Part shown: positions 55,588 to 64,000 of the stretch, piece after piece
How positions within the stretch are numbered: the first letter of the stretch is position 1
Layout of the letters: every line of letters begins with the position of its first letter
Origin: Terriglobia bacterium
GTDB taxonomy: Bacteria > Acidobacteriota > Terriglobia > UBA7540
Reading direction: 5' to 3'
Length of the DNA: 64,000 nt
NCBI GenBank assembly: GCA_035945515.1
Contig: DASZAE010000032.1
Coordinates: forward strand, 45,082-109,081
Translations under genes and position numbers: made by a program
Notes under the pieces: model-generated
Database searches by the model: none
Seen by the model: only the letters and a program-made list of their open reading frames with translations
What the model was told of the DNA's origin: nothing

Positions 55588-57137
55588 ACCCCGGCTACCG
55601 GCTGGCCTGCTTCCCTCATCATAATCGGTTCTCCAATCACCTTCTTTAGTTCCGCTAACCAACTGCCCGGGTTGGATCCGTGCACGAGACGACCTAGAAA
55701 GCCCAACCGTTCGGCAATATTACCGCGGTTAGTGCGGATGTCCTCCTTGGTCGCCGTCGTATAAAGCGCGAGGAACACTTGCAGGTATTGCGGCTTGGCG
55801 AACAAATATGTGGCATGGCCCAATTGCGGAGTCTCCACGGCTATGCCGGCGACAAGATCAAATATATATTCCTCCCGGAAAAGGTAGAGCCGACGCGCCC
55901 GTTCGGCTAAGTACCGGTAGAAAAAAACGTCATAGTCAGCGCGCCAGGTCACTTGGGCAACGTCAAAATTCCCGGGGACGCCAAGCTCTCCCAGGAGTCG
56001 GTTCAGCTCGGCTCTTTCCATGGGCTGGCGCTGGATACGAGCCCGGATTCGATCAAAAGCCGGCGCGTACTGGCCAAACCGATGGTAGGTCGTGCGGGCC
56101 TTGTCGAGATCTTCCTGAAAATTGGCAGGGAGTTTAACGCTCAAGCGGCTCGGCACGGCGCTTTCCCACTCGATGAGCTTCCTCTCGCCTGATTTCATGC
56201 GGTATTTACCGGCGTGCAGAAATGCGCCCTCGATTTGCACCTTCGCTCCCACCAGATGCTTCCACTGGTTCCAGGTCTGGTCCCAGAAGACCGGCATGAC
56301 GCTTTGGTCCACTGCCACTTCTAACTTTCGCCGGGCATCCCGGTAAACGGCGGTTCTATCGTAAAATTCGAACTTCCGTAGCGGCGCATGAAAACACCGC
56401 TGATGCATCTTCGGCCTGAACGCTAGCAGGCGCAAGGCAAAGAACGTCTTACCATCCCGCGAGCGGTTACCCGCCACGAGGATCGAGCCGAACCCACCGT
56501 AAGGAAACAGAACTGGAGAATCCGGGTCTTTGAGGAGCGTATCGTAACAGGCCCTCAGTTCCGGCTGGGCGAGAATGTTATAAGCTCGTTCCACCGCCTT
56601 GTGTGCGCCCTTGGGCGCTCCCTCTTTTTGAAGCTCGAGCTGGCGAATTTTGAATGATAGCCGCAGCTCGGCTGGACCCGCATCTTGTGGTATCCGAACG
56701 ATTTCGTACAGGGTCGGTTGTTTACCCCATTCTCGCTGCCGATCGCCCACGTAGAAATAATCGCGCAGGACATGGCAGGAAAGATAAATGGTGGCGATTC
56801 CCAGACGGCTGCTGATCGCCTCGGCTGCAACAAACAACTCCTTGCGCTTGTCTTCCTTGGGTTGGGTAATGTATCCGACCGATGCTTGGTAGAGTTCGCG
56901 GATCCGTCGCGACGTCGGGCTTTTGCGGACATGAATCTCGACGCCCGCTTGGTCCGGGCCAAGGGGAATTTCAACCTCATCTCCAGAGCCGAGGTAGGCA
57001 GCCAGAAAAGCCGGAAGGATGACCGGCGCGCCTTGGCTGAGAACGCACTCGGCGGCGCCTTCCTTTGTTGGCCGGATGTTTGTGATACAGCCACGATGAA
57101 TGACTTCAAGAGACTGAGCGCTCGAGGTCGCTTGCAT
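55584..57137 (-). CDS. Multidomain protein with a degenerate J-domain
   Basis: TLYEIVRI..A..ELR..F..VERAYNILAQPELRACYD; no HPD motif. Confidence 0.7.
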   Translation of the reverse strand: MQATSSAQSLEVIHRGCITNIRPTKEGAAECVLSQGAPVILPAFLAAYLGSGDEVEIPLGPDQAGVEIHVRKSPTSRRIRELYQASVGYITQPKEDKRKELFVAAEAISSRLGIATIYLSCHVLRDYFYVGDRQREWGKQPTLYEIVRIPQDAGPAELRLSFKIRQLELQKEGAPKGAHKAVERAYNILAQPELRACYDTLLKDPDSPVLFPYGGFGSILVAGNRSRDGKTFFALRLLAFRPKMHQRCFHAPLRKFEFYDRTAVYRDARRKLEVAVDQSVMPVFWDQTWNQWKHLVGAKVQIEGAFLHAGKYRMKSGERKLIEWESAVPSRLSVKLPANFQEDLDKARTTYHRFGQYAPAFDRIRARIQRQPMERAELNRLLGELGVPGNFDVAQVTWRADYDVFFYRYLAERARRLYLFREEYIFDLVAGIAVETPQLGHATYLFAKPQYLQVFLALYTTATKEDIRTNRGNIAERLGFLGRLVHGSNPGSWLAELKKVIGEPIMMREAGQPVAGV

Positions 57138-57289
57138 TTAAGGAGAGCGTAGCACGAATCCAATAGCTGTCAAATCTGGCGATCGATAGCCGGCGGCAAG
57201 GCATTCACATGCCCGATTGAGCCCGTAGGGCTGGTCGAGGGCGCCTCGTGGTCCGTCCTTTTCTGACCCGAGGAGATGGATAAAAACTT

Positions 57290-57574
57290 ATGGCTGACTT
57301 TGAGCAATGGGATCTGATTCCAGCGCAGTTGCGGGATGGCTGCAAGTGGACAGGCGTGATTCTGATGCAAGGTCGGAGGCTGGCTACACACTTCAACTGC
57401 CGGGAATGGAAAGCCAACGAGGGCGGCGTCTTGAGGATTGCCGGCGCGCTGGTGGATACCAGCGAGCGGCATCAGGGGATCACACTTCGACCACATTGGA
57501 CCTACCTGGAAGAAGGTTACTACGGCGGGCAGATGGCCTGGTTCATCCGCCCCACCCGTCTTGAGGAGAATTAA
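57290..57574 (+). CDS. Hypothetical protein
   Basis: 94-aa ORF oriented with the downstream cluster. Confidence 0.5.
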   Translation: MADFEQWDLIPAQLRDGCKWTGVILMQGRRLATHFNCREWKANEGGVLRIAGALVDTSERHQGITLRPHWTYLEEGYYGGQMAWFIRPTRLEEN

Positions 57575-57636
57575 GCGGCAAGTTGATACGCGTCGAAGCG
57601 GGATCCCAACACCAACAGTAAACGAGGATGATAAAC

Positions 57637-58083
57637 ATGTCGGACCGTTGTTCTTCCACCGTCCTGTGCTCCGTGGGAAACCAGGAAGTCTTCCAGCGTC
57701 TCGGGTATCGCCGACAGGAGGCGGAGGCACTGACGTTCGAGGGGAATGAGATTGCCGGTGCAGTGCTCATGACCGATGACGAGGCCGTTGGCGGTCATTA
57801 TGACGATCTGACCAGCATGAAAGGCATCCCCTTCGTCGCATCGAACACGGCCTGCCCAGGCGTCTGGGGTGATCATCTCATCGCTTCAGACGGACACGAG
57901 TGTGTCTATGTCGAGACGCTCGCTGAAAGCAATTATCCCGCAGTCCGGGTGAACCCCGACGGAGAAGTTCTTCCTGCTGACCTGGTAACAGCTCGTTCCT
58001 ACTGGCAGGTCTATAACCGAGCTCTCAGAGTCTTCGAGGAGCGAGCACGGCATTCAACAAGCGCTCGTGGAGGCAAACAATGA
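57637..58083 (+). CDS. Hypothetical protein
   Basis: GAGG RBS; ATGA overlap with the next gene. Confidence 0.6.
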   Translation: MSDRCSSTVLCSVGNQEVFQRLGYRRQEAEALTFEGNEIAGAVLMTDDEAVGGHYDDLTSMKGIPFVASNTACPGVWGDHLIASDGHECVYVETLAESNYPAVRVNPDGEVLPADLVTARSYWQVYNRALRVFEERARHSTSARGGKQ

Positions 58084-58523
58084 AGCTGATTTCATTGGTC
58101 ACGTCGGAGCCCGAAGCCAGCTTGGACTGTGACTATGCGCTGATCGATTTGACGCGGGAACTCGCCCTAATCGCGCTCCGCCGCATCCATGCGCTTAAAG
58201 CGCAAAAGGCCGATGACGGTGATCTCGTCGAAACGTACTTCTGGGACTACCATGCCGAATTCTTCAGCCCCTGGCTCAGTGAGAACCAGGAGGAAGCCGA
58301 AGCGTTAGAGGAATTGTTAGAAAGGCTTCCTTCGGCTGGACCTGATTTAATGACGGCTCCAAGCGATTTTTCAGTTCCCGTATCCATGGCTGCCCGCGTC
58401 GAGTGTTGTCAGATGATCGCCAGGGAAGACGCAATTGCTTTTATCGCCATCCCCAAGCACACGAATTCCTACATCCACACCTGTGAAATTCCTCTTCACC
58501 TCGTCCAGGCAGCATTCGCCTAG
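58080..58523 (+). CDS. Hypothetical acidic protein
   Basis: GGAGG RBS; 147-aa ORF. Confidence 0.6.
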   Translation: MKLISLVTSEPEASLDCDYALIDLTRELALIALRRIHALKAQKADDGDLVETYFWDYHAEFFSPWLSENQEEAEALEELLERLPSAGPDLMTAPSDFSVPVSMAARVECCQMIAREDAIAFIAIPKHTNSYIHTCEIPLHLVQAAFA

Positions 58524-58621
58524 TGGCGACCTCCTTTTTTAATCTTCTCTCAATCAAATCAAACCCACTGGCAGCAGCCGATCCTTCAACCCCCGGCCAA
58601 ATCTTCCGAGGAGTTTCGCCC

Positions 58622-59779
58622 ATGGCAAGATTATTAAGCCAAGTCCGGATGGCGTACTTTCCGCTACCCGAAGCGGAAGCCCGGCGCATTCGGTCATGCC
58701 TTGTTTATCCCACTACACACTTTACCGCGCTTGACCCTTGTGCCGGGGAAGGAAAGGCACTGGTCATGATCACGGAGAGTGCGCACGGCCAGCGCTGCGG
58801 CATCGAGTTGGATGCGTACCGAGCCGAGCAAGCTGCAGCTCTTCTGGACCAAGTCATTTACGGAGACTGCTTTGACGTTGATTGCCGGGTCGAGTCGTGC
58901 AGTCTTCTTTACGAAAACCCGCCTTACCAGCAAACCACAGAAGACGAAGAAAAAGGCCAAAGACTCGAAGCACTCTTTCTTCAACGCACTTACCGCTGGC
59001 TCAAGCCGGGCGGCATCTTGATTCTCATCATTCCTGCTGCGCAGCTTGCCGTCTGCGGGAACCGGCTGTCTGTCCAGTTCAAAGACACCGAAGTTTACCG
59101 GCTGAGCGATCCAGCGAGCGTGCAGTACAAGCAGATTGTCGTCCTCGCCGTCCGCCGTAACCGCCGTGAGCGCGACCGATTGCAGGACCGGGAGATTAAC
59201 CTGCTTAGACTCGACTACGGACGGAAGGCAAATAATTTTGAGGCGCTGCCCATCCTGACTAACCGTCCGCAAGGGCTCTATTCCGTGCCCGAGGCCCCGC
59301 CCATTCAACTCGTTCATCACGGTCTGCCCCTCGATGAGGTCGAAGATTGTCTTCCTCAATCGCCCGCATACCGCCAGGCGAAGCGCATCCTCTTCGCGCC
59401 GGAGTCGCGCGAACGCGAGCGGCCTCTGACGCCATTGCACAGCGGCCACGTTTCGATTCTGGCGTGCGCGGGCGCCTTGGATGGGATCCTGGGCGACGGT
59501 GAACTACGCCATGTGGCGCGCTGGCAGGGAGTGAAAACGATCCTGAGAGTGGAAGAAGAAACCGATGACGGCGTGACGACGATCAGGGAAAAGGAACAAT
59601 TCTCGCATTGTTATATGGAATTTGGCGGGATCTCGCGGGGGCGCTCAGTCAACACAGTTTTCTTGAAACCATTTGCTGCAGTTCTGCTAGCTTTTTGCGC
59701 TTTGGTTCGTCTATCTGACAAGCAAATAGCTGTAGAGAGCAATGGATGTGCTGGAGTGGGCTCGATTTCCGGCGGTTGA
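58622..59779 (+). CDS. DUF6094-type class I SAM-dependent (adenine) methyltransferase; native C-terminus probably replaced after about 59608
   Basis: YFPLP, LDPCAGEG, GIELD..RA, ENPPY, WLKPGGIL; sequence character changes after EQFSH. Confidence 0.8.
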   Translation: MARLLSQVRMAYFPLPEAEARRIRSCLVYPTTHFTALDPCAGEGKALVMITESAHGQRCGIELDAYRAEQAAALLDQVIYGDCFDVDCRVESCSLLYENPPYQQTTEDEEKGQRLEALFLQRTYRWLKPGGILILIIPAAQLAVCGNRLSVQFKDTEVYRLSDPASVQYKQIVVLAVRRNRRERDRLQDREINLLRLDYGRKANNFEALPILTNRPQGLYSVPEAPPIQLVHHGLPLDEVEDCLPQSPAYRQAKRILFAPESRERERPLTPLHSGHVSILACAGALDGILGDGELRHVARWQGVKTILRVEEETDDGVTTIREKEQFSHCYMEFGGISRGRSVNTVFLKPFAAVLLAFCALVRLSDKQIAVESNGCAGVGSISGG

Positions 59780-60782
59780 AGGATGTCGCACGGGCCGGGC
59801 ATGGCTCAGGATCCAGGGGAACCTGGGTCTAGCGAAAAACACACTCCAGGCTTACGGGCGGTCACTTCACGAATACCTGCTGTTCTGTGCCCAGCATGGC
59901 GTCGACGCTGAATCAGCCACACGCGAGCAGGTCTCCGGGTTCGTCCGCTCTCTACTTGAAAAAGAAGGTCGCCCTCACAAAGGGAATAGCGAAACCGATG
60001 TCCAACCGCGGTTGGCCAATGCGACTGTGCAGTTGCGGCTGACTGCAATACGACTTTTCTACGATTATCTGATTGAAGAAGGTATTCGGCCAACCAATCC
60101 GGTCGGGCGAGGAAGATATACACCCGGAAAATCTTTCGGAGCTGAGCGGGGTTTGGTGCCTCGCTATCGGAAACTACCTTGGATCCCGAACGACGACGAG
60201 TGGACCGCAGTTCTCAAAGCAGCCCGAGAGGAGCCGCTTCGGAACAGAGTGATGTTAGCGTTCTCCTATGATGCGGCCCTACGACGCGAAGAACTGTGCA
60301 TGTTGGAGACAGGCGATATAGATCCTGCGCACCGACTCCTCCACATTCGGGCAGAAACAACGAAAAATCGGCAGGACCGAGTCGTTCCCTACTCGCCAGC
60401 CTCCGGTACCCTGTACGCGGCATATCTGGTTCGCCGCAACGAGCTTAGCAGAGACCGCGGTCCATTGTTCCTCTCTGAGTCCCGACGGAATCTTGCCCGG
60501 CCCCTGTCAATCTGGACTTGGTCCAAAGTCGTAACGAGAATGGCCGAACGAAGCGGGCTCCCAGGCCTCACGACACACACCGCCCGTCACCTTCGCCTAA
60601 CCGACCTAGCTCGTGCCGGCTGGGACGTTCATGAGATCGCGGCATTTGCCGGGCACAGGTGTATTCAAACCACGCTTTGCTACATTCACTCGAGCGGCCG
60701 AGAACTCGCGAAGAAACTGGAGCATGGGATGGCCGAGATTCACGCGTGGAGGGCCAGAATGTTCGTGGAGATGCTGCAATGA
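59742..60782 (+). CDS. Tyrosine recombinase with an N-terminal SAM-like domain
   Basis: LAKNTLQAY; ALRREE (R), TTKN (K), HTARH, AGH, TLCY. Confidence 0.93.
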   Translation: MDVLEWARFPAVEGCRTGRAWLRIQGNLGLAKNTLQAYGRSLHEYLLFCAQHGVDAESATREQVSGFVRSLLEKEGRPHKGNSETDVQPRLANATVQLRLTAIRLFYDYLIEEGIRPTNPVGRGRYTPGKSFGAERGLVPRYRKLPWIPNDDEWTAVLKAAREEPLRNRVMLAFSYDAALRREELCMLETGDIDPAHRLLHIRAETTKNRQDRVVPYSPASGTLYAAYLVRRNELSRDRGPLFLSESRRNLARPLSIWTWSKVVTRMAERSGLPGLTTHTARHLRLTDLARAGWDVHEIAAFAGHRCIQTTLCYIHSSGRELAKKLEHGMAEIHAWRARMFVEMLQ

Positions 60783-63043
60783 CTGAGTCGCCTGTGTGGC
60801 TGCCGCCGGATCGGGCTTGGCCGGTGGAGCTTTGCTCCAACGACCGGGCACCCGATCTTAGCGCCGCAGAGGAGAGTGCGCTCGGGCTCTACGCGCGGAG
60901 TCGCGAACTCTTTACAAAGGTACAAACCAAGCGTTTCCACGCCCGTCTAGAGCGTTTGGTTCGTCCTCTCCAGGACGTGATGAATTTAATGGCACCCTGT
61001 ACAGCGCGGCGCACAGAGACGGTCAATTCCGTCTTACGTGAGGTCTACCGCCGTCACCAAGTCTACTGGGGATGGAAAACCCAGGACTGGATAGAGGTAC
61101 TGAAGGGTTCTACGGGTCGGAGGCCACTCTACATGGGCGTGGCCTATCTGCTGGGTGGCTTCGTAGATTTTCCTGCAGTTGACGACCGGGTATTCGCACA
61201 ACACAAATTTGCGACGAAGATTTTTGGGTGCGAGGCCGTCGAAATGGCGGTTGGCCGAGTGCAGAGTAAGCTCCGGGAGTGGGGTTATGCAGACGTCATG
61301 GTGACAGCATCTGTCCCGCGCACCGTGTGTGAGGCTATTCTGGCCAATCGGAGTCCGCGGCTGGAAGAATTCAGCCGCGAGGTATTGGAGGAACTGAGAA
61401 AGAAGCATCTGGCCATCAGCGTGAACAGGTGCCTAGTGGCTGTATCAGAGGTCCTGACAGATTTGGGTATCTTCAAGGAACCCCTCGCAGCGGATAAGGT
61501 GCGCGGCGTGGCAGTGCACCCTCACATTCTTCAGTCAGTCCCGGCTGAATGGGCTCGGATCTGCGACTGCTGGCGTGCCACCTCAACACGCGGGCGCCGC
61601 ACGCGCATTGGTGGCTACTACTGGCTGCTCTGCGTAGGCCGCTGGCTCGGACGTGAGCACCCTGAAGCCATCTCCCCGGCTGCCTGGACAAGGGAATTAG
61701 CGGCCGAATATGTGGCCGTGGTCTGCTGTCTGAGGATTGGAGACTGGGCTGAGCGGTTAAATCAAGTCGGGTCATCGAAGATCGGGAAGCCCATTGCGGC
61801 GGGGACGATCCATTATCGCATCGACATCCTAGGTGCATTCTTTTCCGATTTGCAGGAATGGGGCAAAATACCCCGGCGATTCGATCCTCGTCGGTGCCTT
61901 AGAACACCACGATCTGTGCTGATGCAACTCGGGCCAAGGCCGCGGGTCGTTGCCGACGATATCTGGGCGAAGCTGCTCTGGGCTGGACTTAACCTGACGG
62001 AAGACGATCTCCCTCGGTGCCGCTTTACGCGTCGGGACGATGGAAGGACGTCCTTCTATCCACTTACCATGGTTCGAGCCCTGGTGGTGGTGTTGCTTTT
62101 CAGTGGTCTGCGCCGCGATGAGATCCGTCGTTTGCGCGTTGGATGTGTCAGATGGCAACCGAGCACGGCGGAGGCTGAGCAAAACCAAGGCAAAAGTGCC
62201 ATCTGTCTCCTCGATATTCCGGTCAACAAGACGTCGCCCCCGTTTACGAAGCCTGTGGACCGTGTTGTGGGTGAGGCGATCGCCGCGTGGGAACAGGAAC
62301 GTCCCGTACAACCGAAGCGGCTCGATGCCAAAACAGGGGAGAGTGTCAGTTTTCTCTTTCTGTATCGCGGCAGGAGAATCGGGCCGGAATACCTCAATGT
62401 CCGCCTGATCCCCACCCTTTGCCGCAAAGCCGGAGTGCCACCCCAGGATGTTCGCGGGAACATCACAAGCCATCGGGCGCGTTCAACGATCGCTTCGCAA
62501 CTCTTCAATTCAAAGGAGCCGATGTCGCTCTTTGAGTTGCAGGAGTGGCTGGGCCATCGAACACCAACCGCAACACAGCATTACGTCAAGATCACACCGA
62601 CCAGGCTGGCCAAGTCATTTTCTGATGCGGGCTACTTCGAGCGCAACCTGCGCATGGTCGAAGTGCTCATTGACAGGCAGGTCGTTATGGCCGGTGCTGC
62701 CGCACGAGAGCCGTGGAAGTACTACGATCTTGGGCACGGATATTGTTCCTATGAATTCTTTGATCAGTGCCCGCACCGAATGGCCTGCGCCAAATGTGCC
62801 TTTTACCGTCCAAAAGGATCCGCGGAAGCTCAGTTGCTAGAGGCGAAAACAAATCTGCTAAAGATGCAACAGATGATTCCCTTGAAGGATGAGGAGTTGG
62901 CCGCAGTGGAGGAAGGCATTGCAGCGATGGAGCGCTTGTTGACCCAACTGGCCGACGTTCCCACACCCGCGGGCCCCACGCCACGACAACTCCGGTCCTC
63001 TTCGCTAGTTGAGATACGAACGGCTCCTCGAAGTAACGGGTAG
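60779..63043 (+). CDS. Large tyrosine recombinase with a long N-terminal region and Cys-rich C-terminus
   Basis: ATGA overlap at 60779; GLRRDE, VNKT, HRARST, LGH, QHY; CSY..QCPHRMACAKC. Confidence 0.92.
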   Translation: MTESPVWLPPDRAWPVELCSNDRAPDLSAAEESALGLYARSRELFTKVQTKRFHARLERLVRPLQDVMNLMAPCTARRTETVNSVLREVYRRHQVYWGWKTQDWIEVLKGSTGRRPLYMGVAYLLGGFVDFPAVDDRVFAQHKFATKIFGCEAVEMAVGRVQSKLREWGYADVMVTASVPRTVCEAILANRSPRLEEFSREVLEELRKKHLAISVNRCLVAVSEVLTDLGIFKEPLAADKVRGVAVHPHILQSVPAEWARICDCWRATSTRGRRTRIGGYYWLLCVGRWLGREHPEAISPAAWTRELAAEYVAVVCCLRIGDWAERLNQVGSSKIGKPIAAGTIHYRIDILGAFFSDLQEWGKIPRRFDPRRCLRTPRSVLMQLGPRPRVVADDIWAKLLWAGLNLTEDDLPRCRFTRRDDGRTSFYPLTMVRALVVVLLFSGLRRDEIRRLRVGCVRWQPSTAEAEQNQGKSAICLLDIPVNKTSPPFTKPVDRVVGEAIAAWEQERPVQPKRLDAKTGESVSFLFLYRGRRIGPEYLNVRLIPTLCRKAGVPPQDVRGNITSHRARSTIASQLFNSKEPMSLFELQEWLGHRTPTATQHYVKITPTRLAKSFSDAGYFERNLRMVEVLIDRQVVMAGAAAREPWKYYDLGHGYCSYEFFDQCPHRMACAKCAFYRPKGSAEAQLLEAKTNLLKMQQMIPLKDEELAAVEEGIAAMERLLTQLADVPTPAGPTPRQLRSSSLVEIRTAPRSNG

Positions 63044-63054
63044 AGGTTTCGTCT

Positions 63055-64000
63055 ATGTCGGGCCAGTGGGTGGATTTCCGGAAAGTCAAAGAGACCGTTT
63101 CTATGGATATGGTGTTGGCTCACTACGGAGTTCAGCTTCATCCAGTGGCTGGTAGCCGACTTCGTGGCCGATGCCCGTTACCAAGCCACGTCTCCCAAGA
63201 TAGTTCTCCAAGTTTTGCTGTGGACGTGGCTCGAAATATCTGGGCGTGCCATTCTGATTCATGTGTAGCGGCTCGCTCAGGGAGGCTCGGAGGCAATGTC
63301 CTGGATTTCGTCGCATCGATGGAAAACTGTTCGATTCGTAATGCAGCCCTCAGAATCGAAAGCTGGTTTCCCTCATCGGCGGCGCTGGACAAAGGAACCG
63401 GCGGGTGCTCCGCGTTGCCGCCCCCGGTCGGAAGCCTGGCTTTACCGTTCGCTGGCGGAGATTCAGACTCGTGCGAGGTTCTAGGTTTTCAGCTTTGGCC
63501 CGTCGATACAGCTCACGAGTATCTCCATCGGCGCGGTATCGATCGCGCAACCGCAGAACATTTTGGCAGTGGATTCTACGCAGGTCCGGGCATCATGAAC
63601 GGACGTGTGGTTATCCCGATACACGATGGCGAGGGCGAGCTGATCGGCTATGCGGGGCGGGCTCTCGATGCTACCCAGCCCCGATACCGATTTCCAACCG
63701 GATTTCGAAAGTCGCTGGTCCTGTTCAATCTTCATCGTGCCATCACCGCGAGAAGCCACGGAACGGTTGTTGTGGTGGAGGGCTTCTTTGATTGCCTGAA
63801 AGTGTTTCAGGCCGGGGTTCGCTGTGTTGTAGCTTTAATGGGCTGTACAATGACCGCAATCCAAGAGAGGCTTCTTGTTGAGAATTTCCAACATGTGGTC
63901 CTATTTCTTGACGGAGACGACGCGGGCCGGAGCGCCAGTTCTGAAATCGCTGCTCGCTTGGTCCGTCGTCTTTTCGTTCGCGTGGTAGACACCCCCTCTG
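63055..64000 (+). CDS. DnaG-like primase (CHC2 zinc finger plus Toprim), truncated by the window edge
   Basis: Translated by hand from ATG 63055: CPLPSH..SPSF..WACHSDSC..GGNVLDF, RVVIPIHD..IGYAGR, VVEGFFD, LFLDGDDAG. Confidence 0.9.
   Translation, partial: MSGQWVDFRKVKETVSMDMVLAHYGVQLHPVAGSRLRGRCPLPSHVSQDSSPSFAVDVARNIWACHSDSCVAARSGRLGGNVLDFVASMENCSIRNAALRIESWFPSSAALDKGTGGCSALPPPVGSLALPFAGGDSDSCEVLGFQLWPVDTAHEYLHRRGIDRATAEHFGSGFYAGPGIMNGRVVIPIHDGEGELIGYAGRALDATQPRYRFPTGFRKSLVLFNLHRAITARSHGTVVVVEGFFDCLKVFQAGVRCVVALMGCTMTAIQERLLVENFQHVVLFLDGDDAGRSASSEIAARLVRRLFVRVVDTPS

Larger units (their letters stand above)
1..64000. mobile_element. Segment of a conjugative element (ICE or plasmid); boundaries lie outside the window
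   Basis: Coupling protein, relaxase-like and VirB9-like genes plus typical cargo (ssb, primase, TA pairs, PRTRC, methyltransferase); no housekeeping operons. Confidence 0.8.
59609..64000 (+). mobile_element. Element with two tyrosine recombinases and a primase; left end approximate, right end outside the window
   Basis: Tandem coupled recombinase genes start about 130 bp after the break in the methyltransferase. Confidence 0.6.

Noticed and set aside
58694-59449. 251-aa minus-strand ORF
   Set aside because: Antisense to the methyltransferase
1-64000. tRNA, rRNA or att site of the element
   Set aside because: None recognised by eye; a tRNAscan or Infernal run would be needed to exclude them

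Overview
The window looks like part of a large conjugative element (ICE or megaplasmid). The host is probably an acidobacterium, inferred from gene families and a LexA-box type. In order it holds: (1) the end of a transfer region with a VirB9/TraK-like gene, a VirD4-type coupling protein and a Replic_Relax-type relaxase (1-6.6 kb); (2) a frameshifted IS256; (3) a minus-strand polymorphic-toxin locus (8.3-21.1 kb) with an AraC regulator, a LolA-like exported protein, a signal-peptide-bearing 1684-aa Rhs protein with a lytic transglycosylase tip, and three orphan Rhs-CT/immunity cassettes; (4) a long, mostly plus-strand accessory backbone with rnhA, IS1595, AEP primase, TSCPD, a MITE-interrupted PLD nuclease, dnaN, a DUF1257/DUF2997/radical SAM/Ycf46-like AAA module, ssb, Uma2, an archaeal-type PolB2 cassette, a recombination module, two PIN toxin-antitoxin pairs and a PRTRC ubiquitin-like operon; (5) a methyltransferase cut off by an element with two tyrosine recombinases and a DnaG-like primase that runs off the right edge. 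The most unusual signals are the Sec-type Rhs system with envelope-targeted tips and an extra domain inside the Rhs core, the PolB2 cassette with a LexA-like box inside its promoter, and an AAA+ ATPase whose Walker B segment precedes Walker A. All family calls come from motif recognition by eye, not from database searches.
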